DNA from: Candidatus Magasanikiibacteriota bacterium
GTDB lineage: Bacteria; Patescibacteriota; Patescibacteriia; Magasanikbacterales; 2-02-FULL-50-9b
Direction of reading: 5' to 3'
Length of the DNA: 64,000 nt
Assembly: GCA_903893485.1 (NCBI GenBank)
Contig: CAITMK010000014.1
Span: 2,144-66,143 of the forward strand
Made by a program: the position numbers and the translations under genes. The notes beneath the pieces are model-generated. The model saw nothing but the letters and a program-made list of their open reading frames with translations. It was not told where the DNA came from and made no database searches. Positions 28,880 through 38,992 of the stretch are shown in pieces (position 1 is the stretch's first letter; each line of letters starts with the position of its first letter).

Positions 28880-29827
28880 TTATTCGAGCGCTGCTTTACC
28901 CGCACTAATTTCCGAAATTTCTTTCGTGATGCTGGCTTGGCGCGCTTGATTAAACACAAGGGTCAATGAATCGATCATGTCAGTTGCAGCATCAGAGGCA
29001 CTACGCATCGCCATCATGCGCGCGCTGTGCTCTGAGGCAGCAGATTCCAAGACCGTTTCAAACACTTGTGACTCAATCAACCGCGTCACGGCAGTAGTAA
29101 TAATTTTTTCTGCAGATGGTTCCAAAAGCAAAAACTTTTCTTCAAAGTTTTTGTGATCAGCTGGCATGCTTGCGTCCGCGCCCAATGTTTTTTCCAAATC
29201 AACTTCGGAAACTGGCAACACCTGACGAATTTTTGCGGTTTGCAAAAGTGGTGAAACAAAATGCGTGTACACGATTGCAACTTTATCGTATTCCTGTTTT
29301 GCAAAACTTTGCACCACCATATTTACCAAAGGCTGCGCCTCGGCAAATTTTGGCGTATCAGAAATATCAATGAAACTTGCAACGATTTTGCCACCTTGTT
29401 TACGCACCGAACTTTCCGCGCGCTTGCCAACGGTGATGTATTCAATTTCAACATCGGTTACCGATGATTCAACTGTTTTGTCGCCAACGCGGCTACGTAG
29501 AAGTTGCGGCAAATTTTTAAGCTGTTGTGCTAATTTTTTGCCAACGTTTGCATTAAAGCCGCCAGCTAAACCACGGTTAGAAGAAATCACGACAAGTAAA
29601 AGCTTTTTAACCGGGCGCTGCGCAAAAAGTGGATGATCCACCGGTGCCTGGGCGCGCAAACGAAGCAATAATTCCCACGCGTAACCTGCATAGGAACGAG
29701 ACTGAACCGCAGACGCAGTTGCACGACGCATCTTAGCCGCGGAAACAAGTTCCATGGCCTTGGTGATTTTTTTGGTGTTCTTCACCGACTTGATGCGATT
29801 GCGAATGACGCGTCCGGATACTGCCAT
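28880..29827 (-). CDS. atpG: F-type ATP synthase gamma subunit
   Basis: 315 aa, gamma family N- and C-terminal helices. Confidence 0.9.
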   Translation of the reverse strand: MAVSGRVIRNRIKSVKNTKKITKAMELVSAAKMRRATASAVQSRSYAGYAWELLLRLRAQAPVDHPLFAQRPVKKLLLVVISSNRGLAGGFNANVGKKLAQQLKNLPQLLRSRVGDKTVESSVTDVEIEYITVGKRAESSVRKQGGKIVASFIDISDTPKFAEAQPLVNMVVQSFAKQEYDKVAIVYTHFVSPLLQTAKIRQVLPVSEVDLEKTLGADASMPADHKNFEEKFLLLEPSAEKIITTAVTRLIESQVFETVLESAASEHSARMMAMRSASDAATDMIDSLTLVFNQARQASITKEISEISAGKAALE

Positions 29828-29828
29828 A

Positions 29829-31343
29829 TTATGCGGCGAAGAACGCGGTAAGCGCTTCTTTTAATTTAGTTTCGATAGCTGGTGTGAGCGCTTTTTCTTT
29901 TTGCAAGTCAGCAATCATATCTGAATATGATGCATCAAGATATGCGTGTAGTTTCTTTTCAGTTGCCTGCACAACTTCAACGGCGGTTTTGTCGAAGTAA
30001 CCATTGGTTACCGCGTAAATTACCGCGATCTGATGTTCCACAGAAAGTGGTTCGTATTGTGGCTGCTTTAAAATTTCAACGGTACGGCGGCCACGTTCGA
30101 TTTGGTTGCGGGTGCCTTCGTCGAGATCTGATGCAAATTGTGCAAACGCTTCAAGTTCACGGAACTGCGCTAAATCGAGGCGAAGTTTACCAGAAACTTT
30201 TTTCATGGCTTTAATTTGTGCCGCACCACCCACACGTGAAACAGACAAACCAACGTTCAAAGCTGGGCGAACACCTTTATAGAACAAATCTGATTCCAAG
30301 AAAATCTGACCATCGGTAATTGAAATTACGTTGGTTGGAATATATGCAGAAACATCATTCGCCTGAGTTTCGATAATTGGCAATGCGGTTAATGAACCAC
30401 CGCCCAATTCATCTGACAATTTTGCCGCGCGTTCCAAAAGACGTGAGTGCAAGTAAAAAATATCACCCGGGTATGCTTCACGACCTGGTGGACGACGGAG
30501 CAAAAGTGAAATTTCGCGGTATGCCCATGCGTGCTTAGATAAATCATCGTACACAACCAGCGCGTGCTGCTTGTTTTCCATGAAGTATTCACCAAGCGCG
30601 GCACCTGCAAATGGCGCAATATATGAAAGCGCAGCTGGATCTGAAGCACCAGCCACCACCACGATGGTTGATTTCATGGCACCAGATTTTTCCAAGGTTG
30701 CAACCAAACGTGCAACTTTTGATTCCTTTTGGCCAATTGCAACGTAAATTGAAATAACGCCTTGTGACTGTTGGTTGATAATGGTATCGATTGCCACCGC
30801 AGTTTTACCGGTCTGGCGATCGCCAATAATAAGTTCGCGCTGACCACGACCAATTGGGATCATGGCATCAATAGCTTTGATACCAGTTTGCACCGGTTCT
30901 ACAACCGGCTGACGCTGCAACACACCTGGAGCCACTTTTTCGATTGGATAAATCGCAGCTTCTTTAATTGGGCCCTTGCCGTCGAGTGGGCGACCAAGTG
31001 GATCAACCACGCGACCAATAAAGTTTGGGCCAACGGGAATTGAAAGAATGCGGCCGGTACGTCGTACCATGGTGCCTTCAACAATTTTTTTGTATTCACC
31101 CAAAATAATTGCACCAACAGCATCTTCTTCAAGGTTAAGTGCAACACCAAGTACTGGTTCTTCGCCAGGAGCTTCGAAAGAAAGCATTTCAGCAGATTGA
31201 CATTTGGTAAGCCCAGAAATTTTGGCAATACCATCACCTACTTCCATTACAGTACCAACTTCGGCAACTGATGGATCAAGTGACAAACCGGTAATTTGAT
31301 TTTTAAGTGCTTCCAAAACGGAATCTTTCATGTTAGTTTTCAT
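29829..31343 (-). CDS. atpA: F-type ATP synthase alpha subunit
   Basis: GDRQTGKT P-loop; start MKTNMKDS. Confidence 0.97.
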   Translation of the reverse strand: MKTNMKDSVLEALKNQITGLSLDPSVAEVGTVMEVGDGIAKISGLTKCQSAEMLSFEAPGEEPVLGVALNLEEDAVGAIILGEYKKIVEGTMVRRTGRILSIPVGPNFIGRVVDPLGRPLDGKGPIKEAAIYPIEKVAPGVLQRQPVVEPVQTGIKAIDAMIPIGRGQRELIIGDRQTGKTAVAIDTIINQQSQGVISIYVAIGQKESKVARLVATLEKSGAMKSTIVVVAGASDPAALSYIAPFAGAALGEYFMENKQHALVVYDDLSKHAWAYREISLLLRRPPGREAYPGDIFYLHSRLLERAAKLSDELGGGSLTALPIIETQANDVSAYIPTNVISITDGQIFLESDLFYKGVRPALNVGLSVSRVGGAAQIKAMKKVSGKLRLDLAQFRELEAFAQFASDLDEGTRNQIERGRRTVEILKQPQYEPLSVEHQIAVIYAVTNGYFDKTAVEVVQATEKKLHAYLDASYSDMIADLQKEKALTPAIETKLKEALTAFFAA

Positions 31344-31713
31344 AGAGTTTCTGTAAAGCTGTTTTGACGGTGCCGTCAATGATCACATCACCCACCTGGA
31401 GGCGAAGTCCGCCAATAACATGGGGATCGATGGTGTGGTCAATAACGGCCGCAGCGCCGAATGATTCTTTGAGATTTTCAATTACTGCGTGTGAAAGTGG
31501 AAACGCGCCAACGGTTTTGAGTTGAACGACGCCCGCCTGTTCGTCTGCAAGCTCCGAAAAAACACGAACAATCCGCGGCAACAAGCGCACCGCGCGGCCA
31601 CGACGAAGCGCGCCGGCAAATGCAGCGATCACTTCTGGTAATTGTTCTGGAGTTGCGCGACCAGCGGCTGAAAGCAAAATTCCTGCCCACTGGCGTGGCG
31701 ATTGACGACGCAT
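31333..31713 (-). CDS. atpH: F-type ATP synthase delta (OSCP) subunit, short form (126 aa)
   Basis: C-terminal OSCP-like region [28 protein letters not shown]; ATG 1 nt after the atpF stop. Confidence 0.6.
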   Translation of the reverse strand: MRRQSPRQWAGILLSAAGRATPEQLPEVIAAFAGALRRGRAVRLLPRIVRVFSELADEQAGVVQLKTVGAFPLSHAVIENLKESFGAAAVIDHTIDPHVIGGLRLQVGDVIIDGTVKTALQKLYEN

Positions 31714-31714
31714 A

Positions 31715-32251
31715 TTATTTCTTCTTTGCTTTTTTAAGTGTCTTTTCGGCAAGTGACGCATCTGTTTTGGCATCAATTTTGTCTTTGAGCACCAATTCAG
31801 CGGTTGAAACCACCAATGCGGTAATTTCTTTTTTCAATTGCTTTTCTGCCTCAACGCGTTCGTCAGCAATATTTTTGCGAGCGTCCGCAACTAATTTATT
31901 TACTTCCGCGCGAGCCTTTTCCAAAGTTTCGGCGCGTTTGTCTTCGGCAAGCTTATGAGCATCCTGCAAAAAAGCCGCGGCTTCGACGCGAGCAGCACCA
32001 AGTGCCGCTGCGTGCTCCTTTTCTATGTCCTTTAAGCGAACGCCAGCTGCATCTGCATTGGCAAGGCCTTCTGCGATGCGCTTTTCGCGCGCCTCAAGCA
32101 TGGCAACAATAGGCTTGTATGCCCAGCGCCAGAGCACAAATAAAATAATGAGGAAATTAACAAGCTGCGCCAAGAACACGTCGCCCTTAAGGCCAAGTGT
32201 ACCTACAACGCCGCCGGAATTTTCTGTTGACTGTTCTGTTTGTGTTGCCAT
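31715..32251 (-). CDS. atpF: F-type ATP synthase b subunit
   Basis: N-terminal TM then long charged coiled coil. Confidence 0.7.
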   Translation of the reverse strand: MATQTEQSTENSGGVVGTLGLKGDVFLAQLVNFLIILFVLWRWAYKPIVAMLEAREKRIAEGLANADAAGVRLKDIEKEHAAALGAARVEAAAFLQDAHKLAEDKRAETLEKARAEVNKLVADARKNIADERVEAEKQLKKEITALVVSTAELVLKDKIDAKTDASLAEKTLKKAKKK

Positions 32252-32279
32252 AGAAAAGGAGCTAACGGCTTCCTGAGAA

Positions 32280-32498
32280 TTAGAGAACGAACACTACAAC
32301 CAATGCGTAAATAGCGATAGCTTCTGCGAATGCTGCACCAAGTAACATTGGGACAAAAACTTTGTCACTTGCTTCTGGGTTGCGACCAATTGCTTCCATT
32401 GCTTTACCAACAATGTTACCAACTGCCCAAGCAGGAAGCATACCACCCAAAGCGATAGTAAGACCTTTTGCGAGAACTGTAATTACTGCGACGTCCAT
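32280..32498 (-). CDS. atpE: F-type ATP synthase c subunit
   Basis: 72-aa helical hairpin GAAFAEAIAIYALVVVFVL. Confidence 0.85.
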   Translation of the reverse strand: MDVAVITVLAKGLTIALGGMLPAWAVGNIVGKAMEAIGRNPEASDKVFVPMLLGAAFAEAIAIYALVVVFVL

Positions 32499-32582
32499 AT
32501 AATTTTGTTAGATGAATGACTGTCAGCGACTCACTTTTTGTTCGACGATGTACAAAAGCGGGGCGCAATTCAGCCGATCATG

Positions 32583-33389
32583 TTAGTGGTGATCAGCGGC
32601 GTGCTCGGTGTGCTCTCCATGTGGCGGTTCCGTGGCAAGTGTAAGGAAAACCAACACCAGCATAGAAAATACCGTTGCCTGGATGAGACCCACCAAAAGC
32701 TCGAGAGCCTGAAACGGTAATGGCACAATATATGCTGCCAAAGAGATCATCACGGTCATGAGAACCTCACCGGCAAAGATATTACCAAATAAACGCAAAG
32801 AAAGCGAGACCACACGCGCAAGCTCCCCTACCATCTCGATTAAACCTACGCCAAATTGAATAACGCCAGTTAATAAACCAGTTGGCCCTTGGGTGAATGA
32901 TTTGAGCAAAGGCCCAATCTGAACAAACTTATTGGTATGACGCCAAACGCCTAAAGTGACAACGCCAAACAAGTGGGTACACACAATTGAGAATAAGCCG
33001 AGCGCCAAAGTAAGATTTAAATCTGACGTTGCAGGGCGAAGAAGTGGAACAAATTCCGTGCCCTTCCAAAAACCAATTGAACCGGTGCCCGGAAGCTGCC
33101 CGAGCCAGTTGTTAAGTAAAATGAAAAGAAAAAGCGTAAGCACCAGTGGCAAAAACTTTTTGCTGCGTGCGCGATCGTGCGTTACGTTGTCTGCTGTTTT
33201 TAAAAAGAATTCAACAATGGCTTCCATGATATTCTGAAGGCCGGTTGGTGCACCCGGTTTTGATTTGAAACGAATCCACGCTGCAACAAGTACCAAAAAA
33301 ATCGTAACGATCCATGCGTTGATCATCGAGTTGGTAATGGTAAGGCCGGCAAAATGTGCAATTGGCTCGGCAGCGAGTGGAACGTTCAT
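32583..33389 (-). CDS. atpB: F-type ATP synthase a subunit
   Basis: Polytopic a-subunit; start MNVPLAAEP; conserved R in NIFAGEVL-type helix. Confidence 0.85.
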   Translation of the reverse strand: MNVPLAAEPIAHFAGLTITNSMINAWIVTIFLVLVAAWIRFKSKPGAPTGLQNIMEAIVEFFLKTADNVTHDRARSKKFLPLVLTLFLFILLNNWLGQLPGTGSIGFWKGTEFVPLLRPATSDLNLTLALGLFSIVCTHLFGVVTLGVWRHTNKFVQIGPLLKSFTQGPTGLLTGVIQFGVGLIEMVGELARVVSLSLRLFGNIFAGEVLMTVMISLAAYIVPLPFQALELLVGLIQATVFSMLVLVFLTLATEPPHGEHTEHAADHH

Positions 33390-33676
33390 AGATTTTCTAA
33401 ATCCTGATCTGTGTAATGTTTTGTAGCGTGCGGCGTTTCGAGCGTTTTGTATTCTGCCGCGTACCAAGCTGCTTTGCGACGAATAATTAATGTGCTGATT
33501 GTTGCCGCTAACGCGAACCCGATTATTATACCAAATGGTGCAAAATGAAATTTTTCTTGGAGCCATTTGCCCGCAAGCACAAACAACACCACGGGCGCTG
33601 CAATACTTGCTCCAAAATCACCCATGATTTTGAGGCCTAACATGTATGATCGGCGATCTGAATCATTGAATGACAT
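33386..33676 (-). CDS. AtpZ/AtpI-like small membrane protein
   Basis: 96-aa two-TM protein immediately upstream of atpB. Confidence 0.45.
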   Translation of the reverse strand: MSFNDSDRRSYMLGLKIMGDFGASIAAPVVLFVLAGKWLQEKFHFAPFGIIIGFALAATISTLIIRRKAAWYAAEYKTLETPHATKHYTDQDLENL

Positions 33677-33734
33677 ACGGGTTCGATTGACGATGTATAT
33701 GATACAGAAAATTTTGCGCGGGGTCAAGCATTAT

Positions 33735-34580
33735 TTAAATTCCAAAAAGCAGCCGTGCATTTTGAGTAGTCTGAGCTGCGGCCTCTTCCTCCGACACGCC
33801 CCAGATCTGCGCTACGGCAGCCGCAGTAAACGCCACATACACCGGTTCATTACGCTCACCACGATGCGGCGCTGGCGTTAAAAAAGGGCAATCAGTTTCC
33901 ACCACCAAACGATCACGTGGCACCACGCGCACGGCAGCAGCGAGTGAATTTTCGGTTTCTGGCTTTTTTGGTGGAAACGTAATAATGCCTGGTACTGAAA
34001 TATACATGCCGAGCGCAACATATTTTTCTGCCTCGGCCGCGGTGCCGGTAAAACAATGCAGCACACCACGACGCGTCAATTTCCCTGCTGCAATATATTC
34101 AGTCAACACGCGCGTGACAATTTCGTGTGCATCACGGCAATGAATAATCACTGGCTTTACGAGCTCATCGCATAAATCCAAATGCAGTCGAAAAACTTTT
34201 TCCTGATCAGCCGCAACTTTTGCAGCATCCATTCCTTCGGGCACGCGATACAAATCCATTCCCGTCTCACCGATGGCAACAACTTTTGGCGACAGCGCGA
34301 GCTGCTTATAAAAATCAAAATCAAAATCTTCGTGACCATCGCCCTCGTCTTCGCTTGGATGAATATGATGAATGTTTGATGGATGTAAGCCAACCGCGGC
34401 CCATACATCAGGATGCTGCGCCGCAAACTCAACTGCCTCGCGACTTGTTTTTTGCATCGTGCCCACTGTAATCATGCCAACACCCGCCGCGCGTGCGTGG
34501 GCCAAAACATCATTGATATCATTTTTGTACGTCGCAAACGAAACGTGACTATGCGTGTCGATTAATTTAAAATTTTCCAT
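33735..34580 (-). CDS. tatD: TatD-family metal-dependent DNase/hydrolase
   Basis: DTHSHVSF start motif, TIM-barrel TatD family. Confidence 0.9.
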   Translation of the reverse strand: MENFKLIDTHSHVSFATYKNDINDVLAHARAAGVGMITVGTMQKTSREAVEFAAQHPDVWAAVGLHPSNIHHIHPSEDEGDGHEDFDFDFYKQLALSPKVVAIGETGMDLYRVPEGMDAAKVAADQEKVFRLHLDLCDELVKPVIIHCRDAHEIVTRVLTEYIAAGKLTRRGVLHCFTGTAAEAEKYVALGMYISVPGIITFPPKKPETENSLAAAVRVVPRDRLVVETDCPFLTPAPHRGERNEPVYVAFTAAAVAQIWGVSEEEAAAQTTQNARLLFGI

Positions 34581-35082
34581 ACATCACATCGCGAATCGAT
34601 TGTGGCACCAGTGGCAGCAATACTTGAGACATATTAATAAATTGCGGCGCAAGTGCAGAACCTTTTATTGCAACTGCAAATTCTGGAACTGGCAAATATT
34701 TTGCATAGTACAATGAAAGCCCAATCACCAAAACGCCTTCCGCAAAACCCAAAATTGCACCGGCCAAAGAATCGATTGAACCGATAACGGGCAAATGAAT
34801 AAGCACACCAAATGTTTTTTCAACAAACCAAAATAAAATACCAAACAAGCGCGCCGCCACCAAAAAAATCAGCAAAAAAGTAATCCACTTACCAAATGCT
34901 AAAATATTAATATGTGTTTTGTCTGCAATCCACAGCGCAATATCATTACCATAATGCGTTGCAACATACGCGCCAACAATTACCCCAATAATGGAACCAA
35001 TCGCATGAACCAATCCCATGCGAAATCCTGAAAAAATAAATCCTGCGAGCAAAACTACTAAAATGATATCAAAGAGCGCCAT
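34567..35082 (-). CDS. cvpA: CvpA-family membrane protein
   Basis: MALFDIILVVLLAGFIFSGFRMG N-terminus, 4 TM helices. Confidence 0.7.
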   Translation of the reverse strand: MALFDIILVVLLAGFIFSGFRMGLVHAIGSIIGVIVGAYVATHYGNDIALWIADKTHINILAFGKWITFLLIFLVAARLFGILFWFVEKTFGVLIHLPVIGSIDSLAGAILGFAEGVLVIGLSLYYAKYLPVPEFAVAIKGSALAPQFINMSQVLLPLVPQSIRDVMYGKF

Positions 35083-35086
35083 ATAA

Positions 35087-36603
35087 TTAAGTTAATTGTG
35101 GGAATAATGGATCCGCCGCGAGTAACACTCCACCTGGCTGCAGCAAACCCCATTCCATAATTTTTTCGAACTGAGGTTCGTAGGATTCAAAACCAAGTTG
35201 CGCCAATATTTTTTCTGATGACGCGGGCATGAATGGCGAAATCGCAAATGCAATCTGTCGCAAACCTTCGATCAAAGTGTAGAGTGTACGATCAACATCC
35301 GCGGTGCGCCCTTCTTTGGCAGCGGTCCATGGTTTTTCTTTGTCGATGAGTTGATTTAAACTGCGCACAAAATCCCACACCACTTCGAGCGCGAGTTGGA
35401 ATTCCCATTTTTCCATGTGCTCGGCATAACGGCTCCAAAAAATTTCGTGCGTTGCTTCGGTAATCGCTGGCACCACGCCTTCACAAAATTTAATATCCAT
35501 GGCAATCGTGCGCATGACTAAATTTCCTAAATCGTTTTGCAAATCGGCGCGATAGCGTTGTTCCAATTTGGTGAAAGAAAAATCACCATCGCCACCAAAC
35601 GGCATTTCGCGAAACAAGAAAAAGCGAAACGGATCCAAACCGTATTTAGAAATAATGTCGAGCGGATTTACCACATTGCCCAAAGACTTTGACATTTTTT
35701 GACCATCCACCGTAAGCCATCCGTGCGCTACAATTTTGCCCGGAAGCGGCAACTGCGCGGACATCAGCATTGCGGGCCAGAGCAGCGCGTGGAACCGATT
35801 GATTTCCTTAGCCATCACATGCGCATTTGCTGGCCACCACTCTGTAAAAAAATCATCTTGCGCTTCATCGCCATACCCAACTGCGGTTACATAATTAGTA
35901 AGCGCGTCAAACCACACGTACATTACTTGCGAGTCATCGCCCGGCACGGGAATGCCCCATGATAATTTTTCAACGCTGCGCGAAATTGAAATGTCTTCTA
36001 AACCTTCGTCCAAAAGATGACGCATTTCTTTTTGGCGATTTTGTGGAAACACAAAATCCATGTGCTCATCAAAATGTTTTTTTAGCGCGTCAGAATATTT
36101 TGAGAGACGGAAAAAATAATTTTCTTCTGCAAGTAATTCTGGTTTTTTTAAATGAATCGGGCAACGGCCTTCGGTGTCCAAATCTTTTTCGTTGTAAAAT
36201 TGTTCGCAGCCAACGCAATACAAACCTTCGTAAGTTTTTTTGTAAATATCGCCTGCTGCCGCGGCAGCCTCCCAAAATTTTTGAGCGCCCGCAATATGGC
36301 GCGGTTCGGTGGTACGAATAAAATCCGTGTTTGAACACCCCAGCGTTGTATGTAAATCACGAAACGTTTGTGCAATGCCATCAACAAACTGTTGTGGCGT
36401 CACGCCCGCTGCATCTGCGGCGCGCGCAATTTTTTGGCCGTGCTCGTCGGTACCGGTTAAAAAATTAACTTCTTTGCCCTGCAAGCGCTGAAACCGAGCC
36501 ATAATATCTGCCGCAATAGAAGTATACGCATGGCCAATATGAGCCGATGCGTTCACATAATAAATTGGCGTCGTGAGGTAATAATGGTCGGATCGCTTTG
36601 ACA
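35087..36603 (-). CDS. metG: Methionyl-tRNA synthetase
   Basis: TTPIYYVNASAHIGHAY (HIGH), KMSKS present; real start MSKRSD about 36603 (track ORF extends upstream through GC-rich DNA). Confidence 0.95.
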
Positions 36604-36641
36604 TATGGGACCAGCTTATCAAAAAATACGCGGCCGCGCAA

Positions 36642-36679
36642 TAAAAAAATCTGTGCAAGGTCCCGAAGGTCCTTGCACA
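36642..36679 (-). terminator. Intrinsic terminator of island E gene
   Basis: Perfect palindrome CTGTGCAAGGTCCCGAAGGTCCTTGCACAG followed on the minus strand by ATTTTTTTATT. Confidence 0.8.
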
Positions 36680-36705
36680 GAGTCGCTGCGACGCACGCCG
36701 AAGTT

Positions 36706-37299
36706 CTAGGCGTGCAGCACAAGCGTGGTGCCAGCCGACAGCAGATGGCCGGGCGTGCCGAATGGAGTGCGTTCCACCATAATGCCAGACCCCTTGGGCT
36801 TTGCTTCGTACACCCAACGCTCGCCTTCAGCGCTGACAAACGCCGCCAGTGGCAAATTGTTGCGCCGACGGCGACTGCAGTACCCCAAGTAGGCCAAGAA
36901 GGTCGCCTCCGTAATGGACGCGGACAGGTATGGGCCAAGCGCGTCATCTTTGCAGAGAAACGTCGGCTCCACCTGATAGCGCAGACTTGCGACGCACACC
37001 GCACCGCCCGGAAATCCACCCGTCGGAATCGATTCATCGACCCGCTCCGGATTGATTCCCCGAACCAGCATGTCGTACTCCAAAAAGTACCCGCAGGACA
37101 AATCTCGGTGCGTGAGCCAAACGCGCGCGAGAAGAATGTCCACTTCCTTCAACGCACGATTAACCTTGCCGAATGCGCCGTCTTCAGGCGCGCCCACCAC
37201 GAGGCGAGCGATGTCGGTTACGGTACGCACAATTTCGCAATAGACACCGGCGACTTGCCGCAACCCCGTTTGGGGATGAAAATTCAAAGTCTGATGCAT
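36706..37299 (-). CDS. GC-rich island E hypothetical protein (197 aa)
   Basis: SD GAGGGGG 7 nt before ATG; canonical promoter and operator upstream; no recognisable domain. Confidence 0.5.
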   Translation of the reverse strand: MHQTLNFHPQTGLRQVAGVYCEIVRTVTDIARLVVGAPEDGAFGKVNRALKEVDILLARVWLTHRDLSCGYFLEYDMLVRGINPERVDESIPTGGFPGGAVCVASLRYQVEPTFLCKDDALGPYLSASITEATFLAYLGYCSRRRRNNLPLAAFVSAEGERWVYEAKPKGSGIMVERTPFGTPGHLLSAGTTLVLHA

Positions 37300-37310
37300 G
37301 GAAACCCCCT

Positions 37311-37363
37311 CGTACTGTTCAGTACGTAAAAAAGATTGTAGTTACAAAATATAAAAAAGTCAA
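37311..37363 (-). promoter_or_regulatory. Promoter TTGACT-17-TACAAT with perfect palindromic operator CGTACTG-NN-CAGTACG at the predicted TSS of the island E gene
   Basis: Minus-strand -35 at about 37363-37358, -10 at about 37340-37335, palindrome 37311-37326 immediately upstream of the SD. Confidence 0.55.
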
Positions 37364-37366
37364 GTA

Positions 37367-38080
37367 TTACTGCGGCGCCAAAACAATAACAAATTCGCCG
37401 CGCGTTTCTTCAGCTTTGAGCTGCGATAAAACTTCTGCGGGCGTGCCACGATATAATGTTTCGTGAATTTTGGTAAGCTCACGCGCGAGAAGCATTTGGC
37501 GAGCAGGCGCAACGCGCGCAACATCTTGCAGTGTTTTTGAAATACGATGTACTGATTCTAAAAAGACCACGGTTTCTTCGGTGGCCGCAACTTCGTCAAA
37601 AAATTTGTTGCGTTTATTTTTATGGGGCGCAAAACCCATAAAACGGAACCGGTCGGTAGGAAAACCAGAAACCGAAAGCGCAGCCGTAACGCATGACGCA
37701 CCAGGAATTGGAGAAATTTCAATTTCTGGATGTTGCGTTGCAATGGTATGCACAAAAAAATTGCCTGGATCGGAAATGCCCGGCGTACCCGCATCGGTAA
37801 CAAGCGCAGCCTCCCCTACTTTTTGCAGCGACGCCACCGCACGCTGAATTTCTTGTGGCGTGCTGTGATGATGGAGTGATGCAACCGATGGCGTCGCGCC
37901 AATATGTGCCAATAATTTGGAAGTCATGCGCGTATCTTCCGCAAAAACAAGCGGTACAGCCAATAAGACCTCACGCGCGCGGGCCGTGAGGTCTCCTAAA
38001 TTTCCAATTGGCGTTGCTACAATATACAGTTTCACACTAATCAATGTACACGGAGTTCTTAGAGAATGCAATGTCACCAA
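37367..38080 (-). CDS. rsmI: 16S rRNA (cytidine1402-2'-O)-methyltransferase RsmI
   Basis: LYIVATPIGNLGDLT ... AEDTR motif; probable GTG start at about 38035. Confidence 0.85.
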   Translation of the reverse strand: MVTLHSLRTPCTLISVKLYIVATPIGNLGDLTARAREVLLAVPLVFAEDTRMTSKLLAHIGATPSVASLHHHSTPQEIQRAVASLQKVGEAALVTDAGTPGISDPGNFFVHTIATQHPEIEISPIPGASCVTAALSVSGFPTDRFRFMGFAPHKNKRNKFFDEVAATEETVVFLESVHRISKTLQDVARVAPARQMLLARELTKIHETLYRGTPAEVLSQLKAEETRGEFVIVLAPQ

Positions 38081-38681
38081 GCCAGAAATAGTTTACAATT
38101 GGAAGAACGAGCATGATACCCATCCATTTTGAGTGACCAAATCTTTCGGAAACCAACATGCCAAGCCAAATATAGTACGCAAGCAAAATAAGTGATGAAA
38201 GAGCGCTTACCATACCACCAAATGATGCAAAAATAAATACAAATTGGATAAGACCAAACCAGGCAGATTTGCCGCCAATTTTAGCAAACATAAATGGTGC
38301 TACGAATGGCAAAAAAATCGTCCAGCCATAACGAATATGTGCCTTATATGCAATTTTAATGAGCGCCCAAATTGGAAAAACAACTAAAAGTAATGTAAGT
38401 GGAATAAATACAATTGCGAAAGTTGCAAACGTAGACATCACGCGAGTTGCAATACTTGCGTAATCGTTCACCCCAAGCGCTGAGGATTGCGCATACGTTT
38501 GAACTTGGTCATTCTGTGCTTGCAAACCTAAATCGCCCTGTACCGGAGCAGTGTTTGCCGCAGCTGCCTGACCCTGCAAACCAAGATCAGCTTGAGCGGG
38601 CGCAGTTTGAGCAAATGCAAATGCAGGAGCAGCGGTTACCGCGAGCATTGCACCGCCAATTACTAAATTTCGAAAACGCAT
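38037..38681 (-). CDS. Secreted/membrane protein with N-terminal DLGLQ(G/A)Q repeats and 4-5 TM helices
   Basis: Signal peptide, repeats DLGLQGQAAAANTAPVQGDLGLQAQNDQV, hydrophobic C-terminal half. Confidence 0.45.
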   Translation of the reverse strand: MRFRNLVIGGAMLAVTAAPAFAFAQTAPAQADLGLQGQAAAANTAPVQGDLGLQAQNDQVQTYAQSSALGVNDYASIATRVMSTFATFAIVFIPLTLLLVVFPIWALIKIAYKAHIRYGWTIFLPFVAPFMFAKIGGKSAWFGLIQFVFIFASFGGMVSALSSLILLAYYIWLGMLVSERFGHSKWMGIMLVLPIVNYFWLGDIAFSKNSVYID

Positions 38682-38723
38682 AAAATTTTGTAAGTTTAAA
38701 TTAAGCAGTAACAGTATATCACA

Positions 38724-38748
38724 AAAATCTACCCATTATGGGTAGATT
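38724..38748 (-). terminator. Hairpin terminator after ferredoxin gene
   Basis: AAATCTACCC-ATTAT-GGGTAGATTT perfect 10-bp stem then T-run on the minus strand; overlaps the stop codon. Confidence 0.55.
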
Positions 38749-38972
38749 TGATTTCCCTCTTCGTCGATAAGGGTGATCGCAAGCGTTGGACAGCTTTGCG
38801 CACCAAGCAAAATCGTGTCGTAATCGTCAGTCCATGGTTCAATAACCACTGCTTTGTTTTCATCGTCCATATAAAAGGTACGGCCCGCAACAGCCACACA
38901 CGATGCGGCACCAATGCAAGCTTCACGATCAACAATTACTTTTGCAATTTTCTTTTTTGGTGTTTCTTCCAT
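38736..38972 (-). CDS. Small mono-cluster ferredoxin (Fer4_13-like)
   Basis: 78 aa, DREACIGAASCVAVAG ... CPTLAI cysteine pattern. Confidence 0.6.
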   Translation of the reverse strand: MEETPKKKIAKVIVDREACIGAASCVAVAGRTFYMDDENKAVVIEPWTDDYDTILLGAQSCPTLAITLIDEEGNQIYP

Positions 38973-38992
38973 ATAACTTCATTATATCACAA

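Noticed and set aside
28095-28969. Alternative long ORFs over island D (28095-28838 minus, 28384-28959 minus, 28406-28969 plus)
   Set aside because: Low-complexity Arg/Ala-rich translations without RBS. The chosen frame 28155-28796 has a promoter, SD, signal peptide and terminator.
36629-36636. NotI site GCGGCCGC next to the island E terminator (possible engineering scar)
   Set aside because: GCGGCCGC also occurs inside ordinary coding sequence (about 54079, about 62378), so it is not diagnostic of cloning.
36598-37329. 243-aa plus-strand ORF and 36465-37037 minus-strand ORF over island E
   Set aside because: Arg-rich antisense frame. The 36465-37037 frame runs through the true metG start and the terminator hairpin.
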